Below are positions 52,451 to 64,000 of a stretch of 64,000 nucleotides of DNA, one piece after another; the stretch's first letter is position 1; each line of letters begins with the position of its first letter. The stretch covers positions 75,687,534 through 75,751,533 of the forward strand of contig NC_068982.1 in the NCBI RefSeq assembly GCF_001194135.2, written 5' to 3'. The translations under genes and the position numbers were made by a program. The notes under the pieces are model-generated. The model did not search any database. It had not been told where the DNA came from and worked only from the letters and a program-made list of their open reading frames with translations. The stretch comes from Octopus bimaculoides (lineage: Eukaryota).

Positions 52451-53744
52451 AATTTTAAATGGCTTTCTAGTCCTGTAAGGACACTACTGGCAGTAGCTAC
52501 TTTACCAGAGTGTGTCCAAACACAAATTTCCGAGCCACTAATTAGAACAGACTGTAGCTCTTAATGAATATGATTGGTAAATTAGGCTAGTGTAAATCAA
52601 TTTATCTTTTACTTGTTTCAGTCATTAGACTGCAGCCATGCTGGGGCATCACTTTTTATTAATTTATTTTGAAAATAAAGGTTACTTGTTTATTTGCAAA
52701 GTTAGAACACCACATTTTGAAGGAATCTGGAATTTATATAATTCTCTTTATCTATTCGGAATGGCTGCTGATGGTGGATGAGGCGTTGGTTTTTAAGCTT
52801 CTAAAGTTTAAAATATATGCCTATAGTAGATTGAGAATCTATGTGAAGAGAAATGTACATTTAGAAATATAATATTTAATGTTTATCATCATCTAACATC
52901 CATGCTCCATGCTGGCATAAGTTGGACAGTTTGACAAAATCTGATGGGTCCAAAAACTGCATCGTCTTCCAGTGTCTGCTTTTGCATGGTTTCTTCAGCC
53001 GAGTCCCTTTCCTAATGCTAACTACTTAACAGTGTGCACTGGGTGCTTTTATGCTAGGATAAGAAGGGTTCAAGTATGAGCAGAACAGGTTTCTTGCTGT
53101 AGAGAAACAGCACGACTACTCAAATTGGAAGTGGAGGTTGGAAAGAGATAAAAAAATTGGTGATGTGGTGTCTGGGTAGGCCCTCAAGATGTGAAGAGAG
53201 GAAGTAGAAGTGTAGATGGATGGAGATTACAAGAGTGTATGGGTAAGTCAGAAATGGAGAATGGGTGAAAGGATGGGGAAGGCTGTAAATACTGTAATTG
53301 TGAATGGCAAATAAGAGGTGGGGGATGACCAATAATACATTAGTCAATGAAGGTAGGAGTAGGAGATTATTGACAGTCACAGACAAAAACAAAGAAAGAA
53401 AGAAAGCAGAGAAGTGAAGTGATTGTAGATTTTGTGAGTGTTATTGCTAGGTACAAATTTAATCAAAGTGTAGAAAACAAAGTAGAAATAAATTAAGAGT
53501 AATTTACCCAAATCAAGATCATATTTGTGATATGAGATTGTTGACTATCCTAATTGACTCCCATCAACCTAATTATCAACTTTATAATGCAGAATCAAAA
53601 CTAATACAACTTAGATTTAGTGATATAGACGATTGAATTACTTTTAATATTCAATTTAGAGATGTGGCTAAATGTTCAGATCTTATTCTTAGCATCAATA
53701 AAATAGAAAAGATAAGCAGAAAAATTAGAATTAATAATTCACTT

Positions 53745-53748
<4 letters not shown>

Positions 53749-53812
<64 letters not shown>
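53749..53812. repeat. (AG)n microsatellite
   Basis: Direct reading. Confidence 0.95.
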
Positions 53813-53813
<1 letters not shown>

Positions 53814-54059
53814 TGTACTCCATGAGAAGTGATGTATTCACAGTAAAAGTTTGGGACATGGAAAATGGATCATGTTATTGATCATTTGAAACCTTAAACA
53901 AGTTTACAGCTAAGGCGAATGTAAATTTAGAAACTTGGTTCGCCAAATTTCTCTTGCTTCCAAATAAGATAATATTTCTCCTTGGCCAGACAGGTTTTCC
54001 ATAGAGGACTAGAAAACAACAATTTTATGATGGTGATGTCAAAACAAGGGTACAAGTAA

Positions 54060-54060
<1 letters not shown>

Positions 54061-54116
<56 letters not shown>
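54061..54116. repeat. (AC)n microsatellite inside an S2 SINE remnant
   Basis: Direct reading. Confidence 0.95.
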
Positions 54117-54120
<4 letters not shown>

Positions 54121-55527
54121 AAAATTTGATGTAATTGTACAAAAATTTAAAATTTTGTTGTAATTGTATGGTTGCTCGTTTTATATGTAACAATTAATAT
54201 ACTGGTAAAAGAAACTTCATGTTACATCGCCTCAAAAACTAAAACTGTCCTATACCAGTTTTATTAGTTTTGTACATTTCTGTAGTGGTGACCATCTAAA
54301 CTAGTGAGCATATATGTTGGATGCCAAGTGGTATGCAACACATCTCTGTTATATAGCATATTGCATTATTCAATTGTAGGTTGAGAAGTATGCCCTCATA
54401 ATGTGATAACGGCATTGTTAGATACAATGTGCTCAATCTATGCACCATTCCATATAAGTATCTGATTGATTCTTTTCATACTCAAACAGGTCTTATCAGG
54501 GTTAACCAACTTCAACAACAAAAGCAGAATATTCTATTCAGTTGAGTCAAAATAAGTTTATCTGTAAAAGAAGCACAGAATACTGTTGCCCATTTAACTA
54601 GCAACTTAACGTAAAGAGAAAACATCTGAAATTGGTCATGAATGGATATGAGAATTGAATGGGAATCAAGAGGTAGATAGATAGTTTACACTTCTGATAT
54701 CAAATGCTTTTAAACAATTATAAGCAAGAAGTAAAATGTAAAAGAAAGTAGTCTTCAATGAAACTAATGCTTATATTCACAATTTTGGTGTTGATATATT
54801 GATAGATGTAAAACTATACTGACATAAAAAATAGCATTAACATACAAGCAACTGTAGCATAGATAACATCGCTAGCATTGAAGAAATACCACTCTCACCT
54901 CTTCATACTTTCACATTTGAACTAGCTTCTTACTCTTTTAAATATATGTATACTTTCTGATAACATATTTTCTACATCAAATTTACATATGATGGTTTTG
55001 TCTGTTTGTTTTCTTTTTAATATAGTGTAGACATTTTCTGTTTACAAGTGATTTTCTTCTATCAGTTTTTTGTTTTCAAATATCATTTGAAAATATTAAG
55101 AAGCATCAGTGTTATCTTTCATGAAAGCATTTTGCGTAAGTTAAATACTCTTATGTTAATCACATCATGAATCTTGGGGGTGCCATAAGACCAGTATGTA
55201 ATTCTGAATGATAGTGTTAACTTGGTCAGAAAATTCTTGAAGCTATTTTCTGACAGCAAGGTGAATGAACAGCATGTAGAATATAGTGTCATCCTAGAAA
55301 CATAATACACACAAAAGACTGCAGTAAATTCACAACCTAGCAGCAGGTTTCCCACTATCTCACCCAGACACACACACAACAAGATCAAATAATTTGATAC
55401 AAGCAATAGAGAGACTAGATGGCATGCAAAATTTAGTTTACAGTTGGAGGCAAGTTATGTCAATTGATTCTTAAAAAGGCCTTGCACCTGTCTAAAGTGT
55501 ATAAGTGACTGTCAGAGAGAAATGAAA

Positions 55528-55565
<38 letters not shown>

Positions 55566-57102
55566 TAGAAAGCTGTTATAGAATACTTCTGTAAAACATC
55601 TAATACTTTGCAACCAAAAGGGTGGAGTAGCAAGTTGGCAAAAATAGTAGCATTCTGTCAGTGTTAATACAGTGAGCATCAAAAGTCTAATTAGGAATAA
55701 TCATGCAGTAGACAACAGTAGCTCAGTGATTAATATGTTAATCAGTTTGGTAAGCATTATAGTTTTTTTTTTTAATGCAGAGCGCACCTTTGTGACTATT
55801 TTTTAAATTCTAATTTTTCATGAATACACATGTACAATAATGTACACCTACTTCATGACTAATCACTGATGAAGTCTATGCTTTGCTGAGGTGGTTTAAC
55901 AATACTGAAACAAGTCCAGATTTAACAGCTGTAATTACCAAAGTAATAAAATAGACATTCAGCTAATGCTGTCTATTCCTCACCACGTAGGTATTTCTAA
56001 TTAGATTTTTTTTATTTTAATGCTCAGTGTATTCAGTGTTGAAACTATTGCTTCCAATGTAGATGGCATCGCTGAATAATTAAACAAGGTGATTTTGTGT
56101 GTGTGTGTGTGTTTTAATATACTAAATAACTTATGTTATTTAGTCTTGTCCTTTCAGATTAAAAGTTCAAATACCACTGGAGTGTCTTTTCTGATCGATC
56201 CTCTAAAGTTTATAAAGTAAACAGCAGTATTTATACTGAGGTAATCCACATTTTCCATCCCTAACCAAAAACTGGCTGTGTGCCAGGCCAAAAAAAAAAT
56301 CAATATCTTATGCTACATATACCAGAAACATTAAGATAAAGAGTTTTAATGCATAATGAGGTAATAAAGCAGAATGTGAATTATTTTTTTAAACCTCATA
56401 AAAAAAGGAAAATGTAAAACAAAAGTTATGGAAAGGAAAAATGGATAGTTTACGTTTATTTTATACTCATCCACCTCAGAAAAATCCATAGATTTTGATA
56501 TTATCAAATGATGTATAAGAAAGATCAAAAGTTAAGTTGGATGGAAAATGATGTAGCTATGAAGTGAGTGGAGAAGTCGTTGCAACACAGCTTACAGTGT
56601 GGTCCAGAAGGACAGTATCTTATCAAACATAATTATGTCCATGTTGGCAAATGTTGGGTACAACATATCATATAAAATTTGTGTACATACACACTGTAAT
56701 TAGAGCAAATCCTTTTGTTTATTTGTTTAGTAAAATAAACAACTAGAAAAACTGTCAACCAATTTAATGCCTTTTTTAAGAAGCTTCTTTGGTTAGTATA
56801 AGAATGAGTATGTTTTCTTTGCAAAGAGAAGAGGACAAAATTAGACTTTCAGCTACCCATGTATAGAGCCAATAAATCCATGTATAAGCACAAATAAAAG
56901 CATTTCTTCTAGTAGTTAGAGTAGTTGGCTCTTGTACATAACATTACTAGACCAGCCTGCATGATGTGTCTTTGAGCAGGGCACTTCATTTCACATTGCT
57001 CCAGTCTACTGAACTATGAGTACCATCATGGTGCTGATGCATCCTTTTCTTTCCTCTACTGTAAACACTCTGAAAGTTCCACTAAATCAAACCGGAGTGG
57101 AG

Positions 57103-57168
<66 letters not shown>

Positions 57169-57175
57169 GTATATA

Positions 57176-58202
57176 CAGGGTTGGACAAAATAATGGAAAC
57201 ACCTAGCATCACAGTTTTGAAATATCTATAAAAACCATCAAAAGCTTGTTTATTTTTCGTTTTGTTTTTTTTTTTGTTTTTTATTATTAGTATTGCTTAA
57301 TATGTCTTGCTAAAATTGCAGTTTCTTTTCAGATATCAGTAGAAAAAAGTAATTAAAATTCATTAAAATGACAGATCTATCTAATTTTCAAAGAGGTCAA
57401 ATTGTTGGTACTCGTATGGCAGGCACTAACATGATGAAAACAGCCGAAATGTTTGACGTATCAAGAAGTACTGTCTCGAAAGTAATGACAGCCTTTGAGA
57501 AAGAGGGAAAAACCTCCTCATTGAAACAAAACTCTGGAAGAAAACCAAAACTTCCAGATTGAGACTGTCAGACTCTTACGCGAATTGTTAGAACGGATCA
57601 CAAAAATACAGCTCCCAAAATTACTGCAGAGCTTAATGGTCACCTCAAGAACCCACTTGCCACAAAAATTGTTTGCCGGGAGCTACACAAAGCCAGGATT
57701 CACAGGAGGGCTGCAATCAGAAAACCACTACTTTCAAAAACAAACATTGCAAAGCGTTTAGAGTGGAGTAAAAACCTACAGAATTGGTCCTAAGAGCAGT
57801 GGAAGAATGTTATTTTCTCAGATGAGTCATCCTTTACCTTATTTCCAACCACTGGCCGAGTATACATGTGGAGACAGCCAAGAAAAGCATTTGACCCAGA
57901 CTGCCTTCTTCCAACTGTTAAATATGGAGGAGGATCTGTGATGATCTGGGGAGGAGGGTGGCTATATCTTGGAAATCCGCTGGCCAAATGGCTTCCCTTC
58001 ATGGCAGAATTAATAGTCAAGACTATTTAAGCATTTTATCTGATCAAATTCATCCTATGGTTGCAGAACTGTTTCTGGAGGGAAACACAATCTTTCAGGA
58101 TGATAATGCACCAATCCACATAGCTAAAGTTGTTACTGAATGGCATGAGGAACATTCTAGTGAAATTGAACATCTTATCTGGCCACCACAGTCTCCAGAT
58201 CT
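57176..58202 (+). mobile_element. Tc1-like DNA transposon, left TIR retained, 3' end replaced by the Penelope-like element
   Basis: TA|CAGGGTTGGACAAAATAATGGAAAC at the end of an (AT)n run. MTDLSNFQRGQIVG, VIFSDESSFTLF, FQDDNAPIH and WPPQSPDL; closely similar to 4736-5742. Confidence 0.92.
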
Positions 58203-61200
58203 GCTTGTCTCTGTCTTTCATTTACTCTTGTGGGTTTGAGGTCATTGTGAATTCTTGGCAGAGAAGAAGAAGAAAAAGAAGAAGGAGGAGGAGAAGACTA
58301 ATAATGCAGGAGTGCCATGATAGTAGTAGGATGTTAAATGGTCAAGTGCCTTGAAAGTGACTTGTTGTGGATGGTAGTAGTGATTGAATTCTTGAGACAT
58401 CTCTTTTGAATGTATTGTTTATAATATTTGCATAAGTGTTATTCTAAACAGAAATAGTAGTAAAGTAAGGAAGGAGATGGCGGAGAGGAAGAAGATGAAG
58501 AAGGAGAAAGAGAAGAGAGAATAATATGGGAATGCAGGTGGTATGATAGTAGTAGGATGTTAAATGGTCAAGAAATACTGAAAGAACTCAAGAAAATCAA
58601 CACAAATCTGTTAACATTTTTAAACAAATTTGACTCGACCCATGAACCGAATCAAGAGAACAATGAGGAAATTGATGCTAAAATAAAACCTCTGAAATCG
58701 TCGAAAACCTTGGAAACTTATGCGAAACAATTATTCTCTAACAATGCAAACCAAGGACCTCCAAATGAGACAGCATATGGGATCAATACTCTCACAACAT
58801 ACCAAATGAAACACTGCATAGTACCACAATGGAACAAATCACTCAAGAGATAGAAAGTTCGCCTTTTGGAAGATAATCCAAAACAACAACAAAGCGGATG
58901 TATATGAAAAATGGCTCAATCGGACACCATTAATTCTCCCACGTAAACTCCAGATCAAAGCCATTACAGATGAACCTGAAACACAAAGACGCATCAGGAA
59001 AAGAATGGCACTGGAAAAAACGAAAATGGAAATAGAACTTCTAAAATTGAGGGCCCAGACGAATGAAGATAAAGTAAAATCCACTGCTGAAGAGATCAAC
59101 CAAAAAATTAGTAAAATGACCCAAGGCCCCGATCAAGAGAAGATCTCCAAACTATGGAAAGAGGATTGTGATAAAGAAGAACTGAAATCCCTCCAACGCT
59201 GGGAGAAAAGTGCCTCTTGGTTCTCAAACTATGAAACCATCTTTCCAACAGAGCACGCTTCCAACAACCCTTTCCTGAAAATAAGAAAATCAAAACAACA
59301 CTCAAACACTGATTCACACATGTCTAAAAATTGGAACCATCACCCCTGCCAAAAAAAGAATACAGGACCTAACCCTAACTTTGTAAGCCACCAGCGATAC
59401 AATATCAGGAGTATCCCAGCTTCAAACAGAGAGAGGAAAAATCAACACCAGCAGGATAGACATTGCAACCTCCTCCCCGTCATAAGGAGTTACCAACAAA
59501 ATTTTCGTCCCAACAATCTAAACAACCATGCACAACAAACCCGTACCATACACAATAATTACCAACAACGGCCTCCTAAAACCCCACATCCGAACATGGG
59601 ATATTGGGACACACTTTTCAATACCGTTCCAAGAACCCACACCATAAATCACAACACAACATCCCGCAACTACATAATAGCTAGCGTCCCAACCACCGCA
59701 ATCATTTTTTAGACCCAATATGCAAACACAGAGACAAGAGATAGTACCAAACAGACAGGAGGAACCAAAAGTGATAAAAATTATCAATCTAACTCACAAA
59801 GAACTAACAGCAAACCAAATCAATATACTCTCCAAAGGGCTCAAGTTTACACCCACCCCACAATGCCCCAACTACAATGAAATGAAAGAAGACATCGTGG
59901 AATTCTGTAGAAAATTACGACTCGCTGAGGAGCTATACGACAAATACGAGGATGAATCGTTGGTCTGAAATAGAAGTAACTATACCCCCTCAACAGGTAA
60001 GAACAAAACTCTTGATCATTTCTGTGAACACATCTTGTATTACCCATATCAACATATGCACAAACAAAAACACAAACCAAACTTCAGCAAAAAGGAATGG
60101 GCTGAGCTGAACAAATTAAAAGATGACAAAACAATAACAATCAAAGAGGCTCATAAAAGGAGTGCAGTCGTCTTAATGGACATGGTATACTATATAACTC
60201 TAGTACTATCCATATTAGAAGACACATCATATTATGAAAAGGTCCAACACTACAGTCAGCAGAAAATAATGAGAGACCTAAAATTTATGTTAAACCTATA
60301 CAGAGAAAGGCTCACTGACAAAGAAGATGACTATATGATCAATTTCAAAAGTAAAACCAATCAATTCTATGGTATTCCCAAGATACACAAAAGTGAGAAA
60401 ATAGGTAACGCATGCAGGATAGCCACAGACATAATAATCAAAGTCCCTACTCCTAATGACCTCAAATTGAGACCTGTAATAGCAGGTCCCGCATGCGAAA
60501 CTCACCATTTCAGTAACTTTTTAGATATCCTCTTGAAACCATTCCTCAAGCATGTTAAAAGCTACATAAGGGACGACCTGGATATGCTCAATCACCTTCC
60601 TGAAATAATTAACAAAAACACCCTACTAGTATCCTTCGATGTAGTCAACCTTTATTCCAATATCCCCCACAACCTAGGAATAGAGGCAATTCAATTCTAG
60701 CTAGAGAATTATGCCAACAAACTCCCACATCGCATCAAAAAAGAATTCATGATAAAAGAGCTAAAATTCATCTTGGAGAATAACTACTTCGTCTTCAAAG
60801 ACAACTTCTATCGACAAAAATCGGGGACTGTGATGGGTATGAGAATGGCCCCTTCCTTTGCTAACCTAGTCATGGGATATCTAGAAATTAGTCTTTATCG
60901 TAAGGTTCTAGAAAAATATGGCAGCCCATTCTCCTACATAGAAGATAACTGGAAGAGATACCTGGATGACTGTCTCATTCTTTGGCATGAAAGTATAGAA
61001 AGACTTGAATTCCAAGCACTTATAAATGAATTTGACGTAAACATTCAATTCACGATGGAATATAGCCATCAACAACTTCCCTTCCTCAACATCCTCATTA
61101 AGAAATCTGACAACATAATTGAAACAGATATATACTATAAGCCCATGGACTCCAAGCAATATCTACCATTCAACTCATGCCATCCCAGACACACCAGAAT

Positions 61201-62496
61201 GAATATCCCCTTCAACCTAGCAAAAAGGATATGTACTATAGTTTCTAATGCAAGCACTAGAGACACACAACTACATGAACTAAAGGATACACTCATCACC
61301 AGGAACTATCCACCTTCACGAATTGACATATGCTTTCAACGTGCCCAACAACTCAACATCCACGAACTCAGACATCCCAAATTAAAGAAGGATTTACAAC
61401 CAAAAGCCCTACCATACATCTCCACACACAACCCTCTAAACAATGAAACCTTTTATGCCATCCTTCAAAACATTCCCCTGCTAAAAAAGGACCACAGAAT
61501 GAACTTAATCCTCCAAACACACACCATCATAAAAAGCAAGAGACAACCCAAATCTATGAAAAGTCTCCTAACACAAGCTTGAATACGCTCAACAACAACA
61601 CAGAAGCCGTCAGTAAAAAAATGCAGAAGACCCAACTGTGGGATATGCGTCAATTTAATTGAGGGATCAGAGTTCTCCTTCAAACAGGGACAACGTTTCA
61701 CAATGAAAAGCAGCTTCACATGTGCTTCGGAGAATCTGATATATGCACTAACCTGCTCTGGGCGTCAAGAGCAATACATAGGCCAAACAAAAAACAGTCT
61801 ATGTCAAATGATGGCTCTGCACAAAATTCCCCAAAACAGAAAAATAGCATTCAGCCAACACATTGACATTTCCACCAATAACAAAAATCCAAGCTTCAGA
61901 ATTTTTCCCCTCTACCAATTCAGGGATGATACAACCTGTAGCCAACAAATTAGTAAAGAGACTCTTTTTATTACAAAATACAGACCCCTTTTAAATGCAT
62001 CAAAAACAAACAACATATCCACCACAGCCTTAGAATAACACACACGCAAATATTAAAAATGATACATTCAAGAGATACCCAAGAATTCATTAAAAAACAG
62101 TCCCAACCACTGCTATAATCCACAACGAGCCGCTTTTAGGTCACTTGACCATTTAACATCCTACTACTATCATACCACCCGCATTCCCTTATTATTCTCT
62201 CTTCCCTTTCTCCTTCTTCATCCTCTCCACCACTTCTTTCCTTACTTTACTACTATTGCAGTTTAGAATAACACCTACGCAAATATTATAAACAATACAT
62301 TCAAAAGAGATATCTCAAGAATTCAATCACTACTACCATCCACAAAAAGTCACTTTCAGGGCACTTAACCATTTAACATTCCACTACTATCATGGCACTC
62401 CTGCATTATTATTATTCTCCTTTTTCTTCTTCTTCTCTGCCAAGAATTCACAACACCAATCCACAAGAGTAAACAAGAGAGACAGAGACAGGCAGA
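58200..62496 (+). mobile_element. Penelope-like retroelement (Neptune-type) with RT, Cys linker, GIY-YIG endonuclease and inverted terminal pseudo-LTRs
   Basis: LRPVIAGP, LVSFDVVNLYSNIP, GTVMGMRMAPSFANL, WKRYLDD, TDIYYKP...SCHP, CRRPNCGIC and NLIYALTC...QYIGQT. 59720-62038 is one frame with three in-frame stops. 58200-58572 is the reverse complement of 62144-62496. Confidence 0.93.
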
Positions 62497-62860
62497 AACA
62501 AGGAAAATGCCCCTTATATTTGAATATTATGCAAATATTCTTTTAAAAAACTTTTCTTTTAATTTTTCCAAAATTTAATCTTCTTCCATACTTACAGTTG
62601 AAAAAGTCTCAATGACTGAAACTGGTACTGAAATGTTTTTTATATAAAATTATTTTAGCATTTTCTACCTTGACTTTTTTTCCATATATATCAACTCGTG
62701 TGTTCCTTTTCAACCTTCTTCATATATATATATAAAAATAGTAGGGTAAAAAATTGGATATTAATTAATATCAATTTAATACCAGGTAACTAGCACATTA
62801 AAAGAATCAGAAGATTCAGAAAAAATTATCTGAGATCTCAAAAAGATTATTGTATATGTA

Positions 62861-63324
62861 TATATAAAAGAGACCACTAAGTGGACTGCTAATGTGCGAG
62901 AAGAAGATCACTGAATAGTTCTCAAAGAAAAAAAATCTAGCGAAGCAAAAACATACAGGCGAGACTAGTGAAAATTACATAAATAAATACAAAGTTTATC
63001 CATAGACCAAGGTTTTGAAATTAACATTTTACCGAAAATATCTGTTTCACATCAGTACGGACTGTGAAAGAAATGTAATTCGTAATTGGGAACAACTAGT
63101 ACATGATTCTGCGAATTACATTTCTTTGGCAGTCTGTACTGATGAGAAACAGATAATTTTGATAAGAAAATGTTAATTTCAAAACCTTGGTCTACGGATA
63201 AACTTTGTATTTATTTCTGTAATTTTCACTAGTCTCACCCGTATGTTTTTGCTTCGCTAGATTTTTTCTTTGAGAACTATTCGGTGAGCACATTAGCAGT
63301 CCACTTAGTGGCCTCTTTTATATA
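62861..63324. repeat. Large foldback MITE-like element in (TA)n
   Basis: Arms at 62861-63082 and 63112-63324 are highly complementary (one 10-nt bulge at 62898-62907); 29-nt loop; TA-repeat flanks. Confidence 0.9.
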
Positions 63325-63342
63325 TATATATATATATATATA

Positions 63343-63955
63343 GCTGTAGAATTGTGTAATGTGTTGAGGACGGTGCATTTATAAATTACATTATATCTTC
63401 TACAATGGGTTTGTAGAGGGTAGATGGATCCAGGACAGCAGTTACAAGTGGGTGCATTTCAGGGATTATTTTCAGGAATGGAAGAGGTAATACTGTCAGA
63501 GGAGAGGTTAGAGATGGGGGTAGAAAGGTTTAAGTTATTAGTATTATTAGTATTATTATTACTATTATTGTTATTATTGCTGTTGTTGTTGTTAATTATT
63601 CTATCTGTAGCGGTGGTGGAAGTTGTGGTAGTATTCTGTATAATGTTACTAGGATAGGTTGAGTTATGGTTGTGGTCTAACATATGGGGTTCAATGTTGG
63701 AGTTGTGTACATGTTGGGCGCTTGTGTATTCAGAGTTGTTATAGTGTGAGTTTTGATAGTAGAGAGCTTTTGTTTATTAAAGGCTGCTATGATAGACTTA
63801 AAGTTGGGTGGGATGGAATAGGATAGCTTCAGGGTAGATCTATTAAAGATAGAGTAATACTTATGTTGACGAGTGAAGTTGGAATCCTGTATATTAAAGA
63901 AGGATTTAGCTAAGTTCTTAACGTTTAGTGAGAAGGGGTGTGTATACCATATATA
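63343..63955 (-). mobile_element. Fragment of a second Penelope-like lineage (probably Naiad-type): RT-to-endonuclease linker and start of GIY-YIG
   Basis: IWYTHPFSLNVKNLAKSFF...IFNRSTLKLSYSIPPNFKSIIAAFNKQKL, an Asn/Thr-rich spacer, then CNCCPGSIYPLQTHCRRYNVIYKCTV; truncated by (TA)n. Confidence 0.7.
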
Positions 63956-64000
63956 TATAAACACACACACTTAAAACTACGTAAGCACCTAAAACAATGA

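Noticed and set aside
55119-55406. 95-aa minus-strand ORF in apparently unique sequence
   Set aside because: No recognisable motif, splice context or repeat homology; the length is within chance expectation.
62598-62685. Degenerate hammerhead downstream of the PLE pseudo-LTR
   Set aside because: PLEs often carry hammerheads and GAAAAAGTC/GACTTTTT can pair, but the core reads CAATGA rather than CTGANGA. An Infernal or RNAmotif search on the family consensus would be needed.
63139-63152. Hammerhead ribozyme core CTGATGA-GAAA in the foldback
   Set aside because: No helix II between the core halves, the opposite arm reads CTGATGT, and no helix I/III with a cleavage triplet could be built.

Overview
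AT-rich animal genomic DNA, most likely an octopus (inferred from the repeat families; not provable from the window). It is the interior of one minus-strand gene, citron Rho-interacting kinase (CIT/sticky). I reconstructed five GT-AG coding exons: 30925-30750, 27599-27451, 13505-13410, 7441-7348 and 1244-1035. They total 725 nt, have compatible phases and encode most of the kinase domain ([35 protein letters not shown]). Two of them are missing from the ORF track. No upstream exon was found in 30926-64000. The rest is intron filled with repeats. These include at least three tRNA-derived SINE families, RTE LINEs (one with a PHD finger inside ORF2 and concatemeric 3' ends), R4/Dong-like and CR1-like LINE fragments, and Tc1, mariner, Tigger, hAT, piggyBac-type and Helentron-type DNA elements. 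There are also two different Penelope-like retroelements, three foldback hairpins and microsatellites. No CRISPR, rRNA or true tRNA gene is supported. Repeat boundaries are read by eye and approximate unless a TSD or TIR is quoted.
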